64,000 nt of DNA from a virus: the IMG/VR virus record IMGVR_UViG_3300020202_000068, positions 1 through 64,000 of that record. One strand, given 5' to 3'. A model generated the notes under the pieces. The model was not told the origin of the DNA, ran no database searches, and saw only the letters and a list, made by a program, of their open reading frames with translations. The translations under genes were made by a program, and so were the position numbers. Positions 43,866-52,877 of this stretch are shown one piece after another (the first letter of the stretch is position 1; the number at the start of each line of letters is the position of its first letter).

Positions 43866-45409
43866 GGCAGCTCCTCCAGCTTAAGGGCGAACCGCTTCTC
43901 CTGGGCGGAGCGATCGAGCACGTCGTACTCACCACCTTCATAGACCCTGGTCCGGGGAGGCTTATTGATCACCCACTCCCAGGTCACTTGGGCGATATTG
44001 CCGTTCAGTGTCCCGAATACCAGGCCTGGATAAGTGATCTCGCTGGAGTACGGACTTTGGTACTTGTCGATGAAGATTTGGACGTAGGCGTCGGCTTCAG
44101 CGATGGTCTGCTCCTCTGTGCTTAGCCCGCTCTGGAGGTCATAGACCGAGAACAGCTCGGGACGCCGGAGGAGCAGGTCACCGCCATCCCCGCCAACTGT
44201 CCCGAAGCGGTAGATACCGCCCACAAACCCCTCGACGGTCTTGAGCTTATAAGCCGTAATCAGATAGAGCGTTGGCTCGGCAAAGGTCCCCGTGCTGGAG
44301 AGCTTGAAGAGTGGCGTATTAAACTCCACGATCTGCCGTTCCCTATGGAGGACGAACGGCACGAAAGATCGCGAGTTGGTGTGATTAGTGGCGATTTCCA
44401 GATAGCCCCAGCACTCCCCGACCTCGACGTAGGGCTGGAGGCTGTGCTGGACGTTGTGATAGTCGGTCTCGGAATAGAGGATGTAGTCCTGGAGAATGTA
44501 TTGGTTGATGTTCGTGATCGGGAAGGGGAAGTTCCCGACCGGCAAAGTGCCGTTCTCCTGGCCGATAATCTTGTACATCCGGTACACATCCTCGAAGGCC
44601 CGAATGCGATGCTGGGCATTGCCCGACAGGCCAGCGAATATCCAGGGGTGCTCGTAATCCCAACCACCAGCGGGTTTGATGTTGGTTTGGGAGAGCGACT
44701 TCTGCTGGTTGCTGGGATAGTCCCGACAAGCAGCCTGAAGCCTTAGCCGGCTCTGCCAGAGGCTGTCTCCGCAGATCACCACCACGCGGTTGGGGACGTT
44801 GGCCCGAGGAGCGAACTGCACCTTCGGCAGGACCTCGCCGACATCCGTGGGCGTCCCATTGCCCTGCCCCAGCCGCCAGATTTCCACCTGATTCGTGAGT
44901 GGGTTCAGCACGACCTCGCAGGCTACATAGTCACAGAGCCGCTGAAGGGCGATGTCCGCTCGCTCGTTCTGCCAATTGCAGCGGGGAAAGACCCCGCCCG
45001 GCATTTGACTCACGTCGTAGCCTGACTCGCCGATGGCATCTAAGAGCAGGGTCGCTAATTCAGCTGGTGACTTCCTGGTGATCTCGTCGATCTCGCCCGC
45101 CGCTGTCCGTCGGTTCCAGTCGCCCCCGATCGTCTTCCCCGCCCACCGCCACCGCCGGTCTAAGAGATGCACGGCCAGGATCGGGTGGCCATTATGACGC
45201 TGCCGGAGATGGGCCGATTTGATGGCCATATCCGGGAATTGCAGGGAGATTTCGTTGTAGGTCAGGGTGAGCGTACCGACTGAATCCACGACCTCTTGCG
45301 GGGTTAGGTAAAGACAGGCGACCGAGGGGGTCACGCCCCGCGCAAACGGGAAGCGGACGGCCCGGATACCGCTGAGTCCGCTATGCGTAATCCCTGATTG
45401 AATCGGCAT
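43862..45409 (-). CDS. baseplate hub/tail protein (putative)
   Basis: DRRWRW, AL..LCD...C.VV pattern; position after tail genes. Confidence 0.6.
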   Translation of the reverse strand: MPIQSGITHSGLSGIRAVRFPFARGVTPSVACLYLTPQEVVDSVGTLTLTYNEISLQFPDMAIKSAHLRQRHNGHPILAVHLLDRRWRWAGKTIGGDWNRRTAAGEIDEITRKSPAELATLLLDAIGESGYDVSQMPGGVFPRCNWQNERADIALQRLCDYVACEVVLNPLTNQVEIWRLGQGNGTPTDVGEVLPKVQFAPRANVPNRVVVICGDSLWQSRLRLQAACRDYPSNQQKSLSQTNIKPAGGWDYEHPWIFAGLSGNAQHRIRAFEDVYRMYKIIGQENGTLPVGNFPFPITNINQYILQDYILYSETDYHNVQHSLQPYVEVGECWGYLEIATNHTNSRSFVPFVLHRERQIVEFNTPLFKLSSTGTFAEPTLYLITAYKLKTVEGFVGGIYRFGTVGGDGGDLLLRRPELFSVYDLQSGLSTEEQTIAEADAYVQIFIDKYQSPYSSEITYPGLVFGTLNGNIAQVTWEWVINKPPRTRVYEGGEYDVLDRSAQEKRFALKLEELP

Positions 45410-45424
45410 TTAGGAGAACTTGCG

Positions 45425-45622
45425 ATGGATGAGATGCGAATGACTTCTGAGGCTCTGGATTACGTGGATAAGCTGCACTGGAGGTTTAATAAGCTGCTGT
45501 GTGATGCCGCCTTCTCAGAGGCTCATGAACGTGGCCGGGAGGTTGTGCAGGTAATTGATGTCCAGCATGTGCTCTCCAGGGTCTGTGAGCGGATATTCGA
45601 TGAGGAGATCGCCAAGCACTAG
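45425..45622 (+). CDS. histone-fold protein lacking helix alpha1
   Basis: gapless match of RMTSEA...AAFSEAHERGREVVQVIDV to archaeal HMf RVSDDA...EAIKLARHAGRKTIKAEDI; SD AGGAG. Confidence 0.7.
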   Translation: MDEMRMTSEALDYVDKLHWRFNKLLCDAAFSEAHERGREVVQVIDVQHVLSRVCERIFDEEIAKH

Positions 45623-46947
45623 CTGAAGGTGATGGTCTTGTTCGTCCGTGGATGAATGATGGTGACTTCATCAAGAGTGCAATCAATCAGCTGGATTACT
45701 ACGTTCCCGGTCCTTCCCTGGGGGTCCCTGAAGGTTGATCCGGCAGACATGGTGATCGTGTTGGTGATCGCGAAGCTGGCCACGCCCTTGGTGCAGTCGA
45801 TCTCGCCACCGTTGAGGTCGAGAGTGGTGATCGTCGCCGCCCCAGTGGGCCAGAACTTCGCTCCCTTGTTCACGGTCAGGCTGGTAATGGTCCCGGCCCC
45901 ATGCTTCCAGATGCCACCGTTCGCCACCCCAGTCGCTAAAGCGGAATTGGTAGTCAGGCTCCCGCCGTTGATCGTGACCGTGGCGGAATTGAACGTGACT
46001 CCTGAGCTACAATAAGTCTCGGCCTGGGAGGTGGGGCCGCTACCGTTGATCAGCGTCGTGCAGGTAAAGGTCTCACCGCCATAAAAAGCCAGCCCCACAT
46101 CCCCGTCGAGGTTCCGCACGACGTTGGAGTTGTTGTTGCCGATCAGGAGGATGCAGGGGACACCGTTTGTTTCCCGCGTACCCTTACCGAAGACGTTATA
46201 GACCGAGGCGACTGTGCCGCCGTCGAGCTTGATCCGCCCGCTGCCAGGTCCCGCCCCGACTTCCAGGTCGGCATTCGTGAAGCCGTCAGCCGTGAGGTAT
46301 TGAGGGGTGCGGTATTCCGGGTAGGGGTTCGCCGAGTCATCGACGTTCGTCCGGGCCAATCCGATCTTGCCGTTGTAGCTCTTGTACTTCGTGAATTGGG
46401 TGACCGCGATCGCTCCCAGGTCCAGCTCCCACAGGCAGTCCACGCTGCCGGTGTCGAAGATGACCGTGTCGCCATTACCAGGAACCGCGTTACCATCCCA
46501 GTTATCGGCCTGATTGGCGTGATTGCGGCTCGTGGCGGCTGTAGCGGCGTTGGTGTAGTTCACTGCACCGTCGCCAGCCGTCGTCTCCGCTTCCGTCATC
46601 GTGAACGGCGTGCCAGCTAGAACCCCTGTGCCGGCCGTCGTAATCGTGACCGTGCTGGAGCTGACCGTAGCTGAGAGGTTGCCGAACTGCGGAATGCCCT
46701 GTGCCCCAAGGTCAGCGATCGAGGGCACGCAGCTGGCGGTCGTGTCGGCAAGAGTGTCGCCGTTTAGGGCCTCTTTGATCGTGGTGGCAACGCCGGCTGT
46801 GGTAGTGTTGGCACCAATCGTGATCACGAAATCGACATTCGCGATCGTGTACGTTTCAGTGTCTCCGGCCCCCCACGTACCAGACACGATCGCTGTCGCG
46901 ACTTGCCGCACCGCCTTCGAGGCACCAATCCATTTTGCAGTGGCCGT
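45619..46947 (-). CDS. tail protein with beta-helix region (probable ACG start)
   Basis: Thr/Gly-rich; frame open to ACG-GCC-ACT-GCA-AAA-TGG behind an SD hairpin. Confidence 0.7.
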   Translation of the reverse strand, partial: TATAKWIGASKAVRQVATAIVSGTWGAGDTETYTIANVDFVITIGANTTTAGVATTIKEALNGDTLADTTASCVPSIADLGAQGIPQFGNLSATVSSSTVTITTAGTGVLAGTPFTMTEAETTAGDGAVNYTNAATAATSRNHANQADNWDGNAVPGNGDTVIFDTGSVDCLWELDLGAIAVTQFTKYKSYNGKIGLARTNVDDSANPYPEYRTPQYLTADGFTNADLEVGAGPGSGRIKLDGGTVASVYNVFGKGTRETNGVPCILLIGNNNSNVVRNLDGDVGLAFYGGETFTCTTLINGSGPTSQAETYCSSGVTFNSATVTINGGSLTTNSALATGVANGGIWKHGAGTITSLTVNKGAKFWPTGAATITTLDLNGGEIDCTKGVASFAITNTITMSAGSTFRDPQGRTGNVVIQLIDCTLDEVTIIHPRTNKTITFS

Positions 46948-46977
46948 ATAAGTACCCTGCCTTCCTTGGCTTGGGGG

Positions 46978-47709
46978 TTATTCCTTCGATGTCGGGAAGA
47001 TGTCCAATTGCCCGAATGTGCTCGGGTCCCGGTACATCGTGTACGACCATCTTATCGGATAGAACCGCAGGCCATTCCCCAGCTGCTGAGCATTCGAGCG
47101 GATGATGCTCCGGGCAGCTTCCATCTCGCCAGCGGGGTTAAGTGGGCCAGGCTCGTCCGGGTAGGCCGTATAGCCGATCGCCATCCCGGTTTGCTTGTAG
47201 GTAACGGCTGTCTTTTGGGCGGTGAAGATGGCCCGAGGGATGTCATCGATCGTCTCCAGGACGTACCAGCGGGGTCCGCCTGTACCGATCGTCTGGACGG
47301 TCTCCTGCCAGTAAATAAGGTCCTCATCGCAGGCATCATAGACGGCCTGAACCGTGAAGGAGAATGACCGCCGAGTCACCAGCTCCGCCCCGTCCCCTTT
47401 GGGGAACGAGTAGTTCACGCAGCGAACCGCCGAGACGCAGTCCCCGCTGTGACGGATGACATGCGGCGTCCCGCCACTGACTCCGTATGTGAAGTCCACG
47501 CCCACGTTCCTGAGGGCCTGCTCAATAACCGGGATGCGGCCAATGATCTCCCCAGCCGAATCGCCCTGGATTTCTCCGAAGCACTGAGCCGTCTCGGTCC
47601 GCTGGAGCCGTCGCCCTCGCTGGGAGAATGTAGTCTGCTTGTTGACATTGACGAGGTTGACCTCGTTCTCCTCGAAGGAGAATCCTCCGAAGCGGCAGAA
47701 GCTGGCCAT
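46978..47709 (-). CDS. tail protein (distal-tail-like, putative)
   Basis: position after tail tube; SD GGGAGG. Confidence 0.6.
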   Translation of the reverse strand: MASFCRFGGFSFEENEVNLVNVNKQTTFSQRGRRLQRTETAQCFGEIQGDSAGEIIGRIPVIEQALRNVGVDFTYGVSGGTPHVIRHSGDCVSAVRCVNYSFPKGDGAELVTRRSFSFTVQAVYDACDEDLIYWQETVQTIGTGGPRWYVLETIDDIPRAIFTAQKTAVTYKQTGMAIGYTAYPDEPGPLNPAGEMEAARSIIRSNAQQLGNGLRFYPIRWSYTMYRDPSTFGQLDIFPTSKE

Positions 47710-48293
47710 TACAACCTCCCACGCTCAAGGCGTTCGAGGATGCCGTCTAGCTGCTGGGTGTGATCCAGGAGGAAGTCGGCGGTGGCCTGACTGAAGTTAC
47801 CGGCTGACTGGATGTATTGCTTGAGGGGCTCGCCCGCCTCTTCGGGGCGTGGACCAGGAATTCCCGGTAGGGCACCTAGCCCGCCCTGGATCGTGCCACC
47901 AGCCTCGTAGAAGTCTTTTAGGGTTGCTGGTGGTGCCTGAGGATCGTCCTCTGGCATGTCGCTTATGTCTGGCGATGCTGGCTGACTAATGGGCTCGACG
48001 GCAGCAGAGGCCTGGTGGGCCTGGGGCTGAAAAGGTTCGTTGGTCTCCAGGGTTTGGAGCTGATCCTTAAGGGCTTCGTCTGGGTGGATTGGGGAAACGC
48101 CTTCGTCGGCGATCTCCGGCTCCTGAGCCATCTCTGGCTCATTGGCTTCCAAGTGTTTAAGTTGGGCGTCCAATTCCTCGGAGCTAGGCAATTCAGGCGC
48201 AGGCTCATCCCGAGAGACTTCCTCATTGGTGATGGGTCCCTCCTCCCAGTCGTCATCTTCGCCGCCGTTATCGACGATTGTGTTAATAGCCAT
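47709..48293 (-). CDS. acidic, largely disordered tail-region protein
   Basis: E/D/P-rich; TAATG coupling. Confidence 0.6.
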   Translation of the reverse strand: MAINTIVDNGGEDDDWEEGPITNEEVSRDEPAPELPSSEELDAQLKHLEANEPEMAQEPEIADEGVSPIHPDEALKDQLQTLETNEPFQPQAHQASAAVEPISQPASPDISDMPEDDPQAPPATLKDFYEAGGTIQGGLGALPGIPGPRPEEAGEPLKQYIQSAGNFSQATADFLLDHTQQLDGILERLERGRL

Positions 48294-49234
48294 TACGTGG
48301 TCTCGTCAATCGTGACTTCCAAGCTGGCCGTACTACTGACTCTGCGGGCCGAGAACTGCAACTGGAGATCGATTTCGCTCTTCCCGGCTACGACCGGCGT
48401 CACCACATCGGCCTGAAGCATTCCGAACGTGAACAGGATGCTGGTGTTTCCATTAACGAACGTCAGCGTGCCGGCGGCTGAGCTGCCCAGGGCGACGTTG
48501 TAGAGGTTGGAGGTCCCAGAGTCGTAGGGGTGCGTCGTCTGGAGCGTGATCGTCCGCCGTGTCGGGCAGAGTGAAGTCGGCTCTAAGGCGTTCACATACC
48601 GAGGCTGGACATGGTTGTTGATGTCCAGGCGGAAGGATTTGTATTCACGGGCCGACCCGCCGAGCACTAAGCGGCTAGTGCCGGAGTTATCGCTGTCTTC
48701 CAGGACGAGCGGCGTGTACTCTCCGGTAACGCCCAGGGTGACGCTGGGATAGCTCTCGGCGGAGGAGGGGTCCTTGTAGCTGCGGAACATGCACTGCACG
48801 GCACAGCGGAGGAAGTTCGGACCATTCCCAGGACCCTTCTGCTCGCCTTCGATGATGCAGCGATTGACGACGCCGTTGTAAAACTCATGGACGCCCGTGA
48901 CTTTATCGACCAGCATCCCGAAGGTCTGGAGGGTCTCGGCCAAGGCGAAGGTGTTCGTGCTCTCGTCGCTCCCGAGAACCCACGGGAAGAAGAAGTCGGC
49001 AAATCCCGGCGAGAGCCCAAAGACTACCCACCCGCCGTAGAAGTACGGCTCCATCCGTGCCCGTTCGGAGATTTCCTCGCGGGTCCCATGGATGAAGTCT
49101 GGGACGCCATTGCGAGCCCGTTTTTGCAGGGACTCACGCGCAAACGGGAAGCCAGTGGCTCCCGAGCTGAAATCAATCTCACCCGACCCCTCCTTCATGC
49201 AGAGGCGGGCGAGGGCTCCTTGTGCGCACGGCAT
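48293..49234 (-). CDS. tail tube protein
   Basis: F..ESL, GTR, Y.G.V, F.LDINN...RY...P......RTI pattern of phage tube proteins. Confidence 0.7.
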   Translation of the reverse strand: MPCAQGALARLCMKEGSGEIDFSSGATGFPFARESLQKRARNGVPDFIHGTREEISERARMEPYFYGGWVVFGLSPGFADFFFPWVLGSDESTNTFALAETLQTFGMLVDKVTGVHEFYNGVVNRCIIEGEQKGPGNGPNFLRCAVQCMFRSYKDPSSAESYPSVTLGVTGEYTPLVLEDSDNSGTSRLVLGGSAREYKSFRLDINNHVQPRYVNALEPTSLCPTRRTITLQTTHPYDSGTSNLYNVALGSSAAGTLTFVNGNTSILFTFGMLQADVVTPVVAGKSEIDLQLQFSARRVSSTASLEVTIDETT

Positions 49235-49376
49235 TGGCGAGCATCCTTGCTCTGGTTATTTGATCCGTATAAACGCTCCTGGAATTCATTTCGGAGCGTC
49301 TCCAAGTCCCAGCTGCCACGGTCTTCATCCTCCCACTGCGGCTTTCTTGCTAGATGCGACAGAAGGAGTAGCTCGA

Positions 49377-49847
49377 TCATGGATTCAATTCTCGCAACCA
49401 CACGACAACAACCAATCGGCTGATGTTGCAATTGGGGTATTTCTTGGGGTTACTCAGCGACTCCCCCGAGCGGATGACCCTGCATACATGCTCGCTCGGA
49501 TCAGTGCTGTTTACGATTGTAACCGAGAGCCGTTGGTCGGTCAGTCTGCGGCGGACCAGCTCCCGCCAGGCTTGCATCTGGTCCCCGGACAGCCGGGCGT
49601 CATAGTCGTCCTTCTCGACGAACACGATCCCGCAGGTGTAGCCAATATCCTGGGCCCCGATCACCCCAGCTGCGTACTGCTCCCCGAGGTCGTAGATCGT
49701 GACCCCACGGAGCGGCTCCCCCTGGATCAGCCAGGAACCACGAACCTGGACCTCCTCGTCTGCCATATTGTCGGGCTGGAGGTCTTTTATGAGGTCTCGC
49801 AGGGCGGCCATCACCTGACCGTGATTGGAGCCAAATGACTCGGCCAT
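49377..49847 (-). CDS. tail completion/terminator-like protein
   Basis: position between adaptor and tube; TAATG coupling. Confidence 0.55.
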   Translation of the reverse strand: MAESFGSNHGQVMAALRDLIKDLQPDNMADEEVQVRGSWLIQGEPLRGVTIYDLGEQYAAGVIGAQDIGYTCGIVFVEKDDYDARLSGDQMQAWRELVRRRLTDQRLSVTIVNSTDPSEHVCRVIRSGESLSNPKKYPNCNISRLVVVVWLRELNP

Positions 49848-51043
49848 TAGGGCTGCGTCCCTCCGGTTGTGAGGTCAGCACTGGCGACAATGTCGGCTAG
49901 GTTACTAACCATCTTCCCGCCGGGCTGGGTTTCCTCCATTCGCTGGTCAGCAGCCATTGCCAGGCTCAGGGCCCGCTCGTACCGGGCCTGCCGCTCTTCG
50001 TAGCCCTTCCGGTCGCCTGGGGCGAACTTCGCCTCACAGCCCAGCAGGAAGGCGTTCCGCATAGCTCCGGGCTCGATGTCGATCCGGCTGGAGATGCGGT
50101 AATTACTTCCCGAGAGGGTGGTGTCGGCGTCTTGTTCGAGGATCAACTCGGTGGCGGAGTTGCGGGTCTTGATCACCCGCTGCATGGCGTACGGCTCCAG
50201 CCGGTTCTTGTCGATCTCCCCCTGAAAGTCTGTGGGAATCTTTACCGATCCGGTGGCACTGAACCGCATCACGCACCCCTCATGGGCAGCGGTGAACGTC
50301 GTGCTCGTGCCGGTGACCGTGGCGGAGTCGGCCGTCGTGGCCACCGTCCCGATGCTGTGGTAATCCAGGGTCTTTAATGGCTGGGGCCAAAAGAGTCCCA
50401 GAGCTTGGTAGGTGATGGCCGAGGCTGGGGCAGGGGCAAAGTGGATGGCCAGTCCCGAAGCATATCGCTCGGACCGAAACACTGAATACATTCTTGGCGT
50501 GCTGGCGGTTCTGGCGATTCGCTGCTCGGCGATAATATCTCCGGGGTCAACGCACTCAACGAGTCTCCCAGGGGAGGAAGTGTCATAAAGGGAGAGGAGC
50601 TTACGAAGGTTATCGGGGAGTTCGTAGGTGTCTCTAGCAAGCGTATAAGACGTTCCCGACGCAATATCTCTCGTCGGAGCGTCCTTCTCATCCAGAACCA
50701 CCACCGTCGAACTCGTGCGCGTAGTGATCCCATAACGGTTCCCTGCAATCCAAAGAGCGTATTTCGTCACGTCGCTGGGCCAGGTCGTGCTGGTCAGCGT
50801 CACTGAGCGGGTCGAGGCCGTATAGGCGACCGAGCCGGTCGTCTGCTGGGCTGCTGTGGGGATCGTGATGGGCCGGTAGTAGTATCGCCAGTTCCGCCGC
50901 ATGGCGATCTCGGCGTACATCTCCTGCACGGCCCGCGTAGCCATCCGGCGACTACGGGGCGTTGAGTCTCCTGAGAGCACGGAATCCAGGACGTGATCGA
51001 CACAATCCTGGACCGTGAGGAGTGGATAATTGATTAGGCTCAT
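49847..51043 (-). CDS. head-tail adaptor protein with inserted beta domains
   Basis: V.E.Y..I..RRNW.Y, YELPDN..KL, FAPAP, Y...L..A...D motifs. Confidence 0.7.
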   Translation of the reverse strand: MSLINYPLLTVQDCVDHVLDSVLSGDSTPRSRRMATRAVQEMYAEIAMRRNWRYYYRPITIPTAAQQTTGSVAYTASTRSVTLTSTTWPSDVTKYALWIAGNRYGITTRTSSTVVVLDEKDAPTRDIASGTSYTLARDTYELPDNLRKLLSLYDTSSPGRLVECVDPGDIIAEQRIARTASTPRMYSVFRSERYASGLAIHFAPAPASAITYQALGLFWPQPLKTLDYHSIGTVATTADSATVTGTSTTFTAAHEGCVMRFSATGSVKIPTDFQGEIDKNRLEPYAMQRVIKTRNSATELILEQDADTTLSGSNYRISSRIDIEPGAMRNAFLLGCEAKFAPGDRKGYEERQARYERALSLAMAADQRMEETQPGGKMVSNLADIVASADLTTGGTQP

Positions 51044-51073
51044 ACGCAGCCCTCCATGGCTGGAGGACTAGGC

Positions 51074-51739
51074 TTAGAAGCCGAAAATCTCGATCAGGAA
51101 CTTACCGGCCGTGTAGGTGCCGACCGTACCAGCCGCACCGCACGTCAGATATAGATACTCGGTCGAGAGCGGGACGGTCGTGGCACCCTTAACCGTGCCG
51201 TTCGCCCAGGCCCCACCAGCGGTGATTACCGCCGTCTCGGCCAGCGAAGCGATGCCACCATCGAACACACCCGTGCCTTCCGTGGCCGAGTAGAGGTCGA
51301 TGTCGGTGACACCCGTGGCAGGGGCTTCCAGGCAGGTCATCCGTACCGCCAGGATCGTGGTCCCGCATTCGGCCGCTGTGAGCTTGGCGATGTAAGCCGC
51401 CGACCCACCCTGACCGATGATGTCCAGGTCCGTCGTCGAGGACTGAAGGTCCGTGATGTCGATCAGGATCGAAGTGACGTACAGATTGCCTTCCCGGCGG
51501 AGGCTGTTCTTATAGACCGTCCCGGCACCGCCAGTGACGCCAGCCCCAGCACCGGTGGCCAGGCCGGATGGATTCAGGACCACGCCAGTAGCGCCCTTGC
51601 TGGAATCCAGGACCAGCGCCTTCGAGGCCTCAGCCGTACCAGCCGTAGTCACGTCGTAGATGTCTCGGAACTCTTTCGAGGCTCCGATACTACCGAGGGC
51701 CGAGTTCAGGCGGTTCTTCAGGTTTTGGGAGAAAGACAT
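51074..51739 (-). CDS. virion structural protein
   Basis: TAGTAEASKALVLDS, YTAGKFLIEIFG. Confidence 0.65.
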   Translation of the reverse strand: MSFSQNLKNRLNSALGSIGASKEFRDIYDVTTAGTAEASKALVLDSSKGATGVVLNPSGLATGAGAGVTGGAGTVYKNSLRREGNLYVTSILIDITDLQSSTTDLDIIGQGGSAAYIAKLTAAECGTTILAVRMTCLEAPATGVTDIDLYSATEGTGVFDGGIASLAETAVITAGGAWANGTVKGATTVPLSTEYLYLTCGAAGTVGTYTAGKFLIEIFGF

Positions 51740-51774
51740 CGGGGGGAATCCTTTCCTTGAGGCGATGCTTTGCC

Positions 51775-52461
51775 TTATTTGGATGGACCAAAGCGGTCCA
51801 GCACTTTCTCGCGAGCCTGTTTCCTGTCCAGACCCTTAAAGGCATCTTTGTCCTTTTGTAGCATCATCCGGCCTTTTTTACGAATGATGTCGTCGGCTAG
51901 CGGGACGGCCGTCTCGTATGGGTCCTCGTCGGGGTCCCGGTGATCGACGGTCACGGCCCCATCGCATTGCCAACCCCGCTTTTGGCAGAGGTTTTTGATG
52001 TAACTCCTTGCCCCTTCGAATGGTACGACCGCTTCTGGGTCAGCCTGGTAGCGGGCCAGCTCGGGCATGTACTCTTTATTCGTGATGTCAACGCCCTGGG
52101 CCGCCAGCTTCTTTTTGATCGTTTCGACGTAGCGGGGGTCAAAGACCTGGTGCCAGGGCTTCCGGCCGGCCCAGAAGGTGTCGGTGGTCTTAAGGCCGGG
52201 AGGGGCGTTGAGACTGAGCATCGTTGCCCAGCGATCCCCGGAGGCCATCTTGTCCTCCCGCCGGACCCGCACATAGATCGCCCCCCGGCTAACGTACGAC
52301 CCGCCCTCTGTGACCATCTCCATGCAGCGGGCTAAGACCTCCGGGCTCACGTCATGAAACTCTTCCATGATCTCTTCGACCAGGGGCGGGAAGGCCACGA
52401 GGTCCGCGTACCCACACCAGTCGGGATTGTCCCGGAAAAACTTCTCCAAATCCATTTCCAT
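51775..52461 (-). CDS. hypothetical protein
   Basis: SD AAGGAGG before MEMDL. Confidence 0.65.
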   Translation of the reverse strand: MEMDLEKFFRDNPDWCGYADLVAFPPLVEEIMEEFHDVSPEVLARCMEMVTEGGSYVSRGAIYVRVRREDKMASGDRWATMLSLNAPPGLKTTDTFWAGRKPWHQVFDPRYVETIKKKLAAQGVDITNKEYMPELARYQADPEAVVPFEGARSYIKNLCQKRGWQCDGAVTVDHRDPDEDPYETAVPLADDIIRKKGRMMLQKDKDAFKGLDRKQAREKVLDRFGPSK

Positions 52462-52577
52462 CCTCCTTGCTCGATCCTTGAGTAAGTAGTGCCTCTGGAA
52501 GTCCTCGCCAGTGACTAAAAGTTGAGGTTGTGCCAGAACAAGAGTACCCATAAGTATTCCAGCGACCATTTCACGGG

Positions 52578-52877
52578 TTACTCCTCTGAGAATGGGATTG
52601 GTGGCATGTACGACTGAACGACCTGTTCGCCTCTCGCGGCCCCCATAGCCACGGCCAATCCCCTGTCGATCTCCATCTCGGGCTCATCAGCAAGCCGCAG
52701 ATTGTTCAGGAAATTGGCGTACTGCGAGGCACGGCGATGATGGTCTGGCCCATAAAAGCAAGTCACCATCGCGTTATCACGGAGGTACGGTGTATTGACC
52801 GGGTGGCACTCCACTCGCGTGCAGCCGCGATATGCCTGGTCAGGCATGACGTTGATTAGGTAATCGCAGTAGTTCAT
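52578..52877 (-). CDS. hypothetical protein
   Basis: ATGA overlap with portal stop. Confidence 0.5.
   Translation of the reverse strand: MNYCDYLINVMPDQAYRGCTRVECHPVNTPYLRDNAMVTCFYGPDHHRRASQYANFLNNLRLADEPEMEIDRGLAVAMGAARGEQVVQSYMPPIPFSEE

Noticed and set aside
46948-46980. Stop-codon readthrough fusing 46978..47709 to the next tail gene (same frame)
   Set aside because: The stop is TAA and the spacer has its own SD hairpin; in-frame arrangement occurs by chance one time in three.
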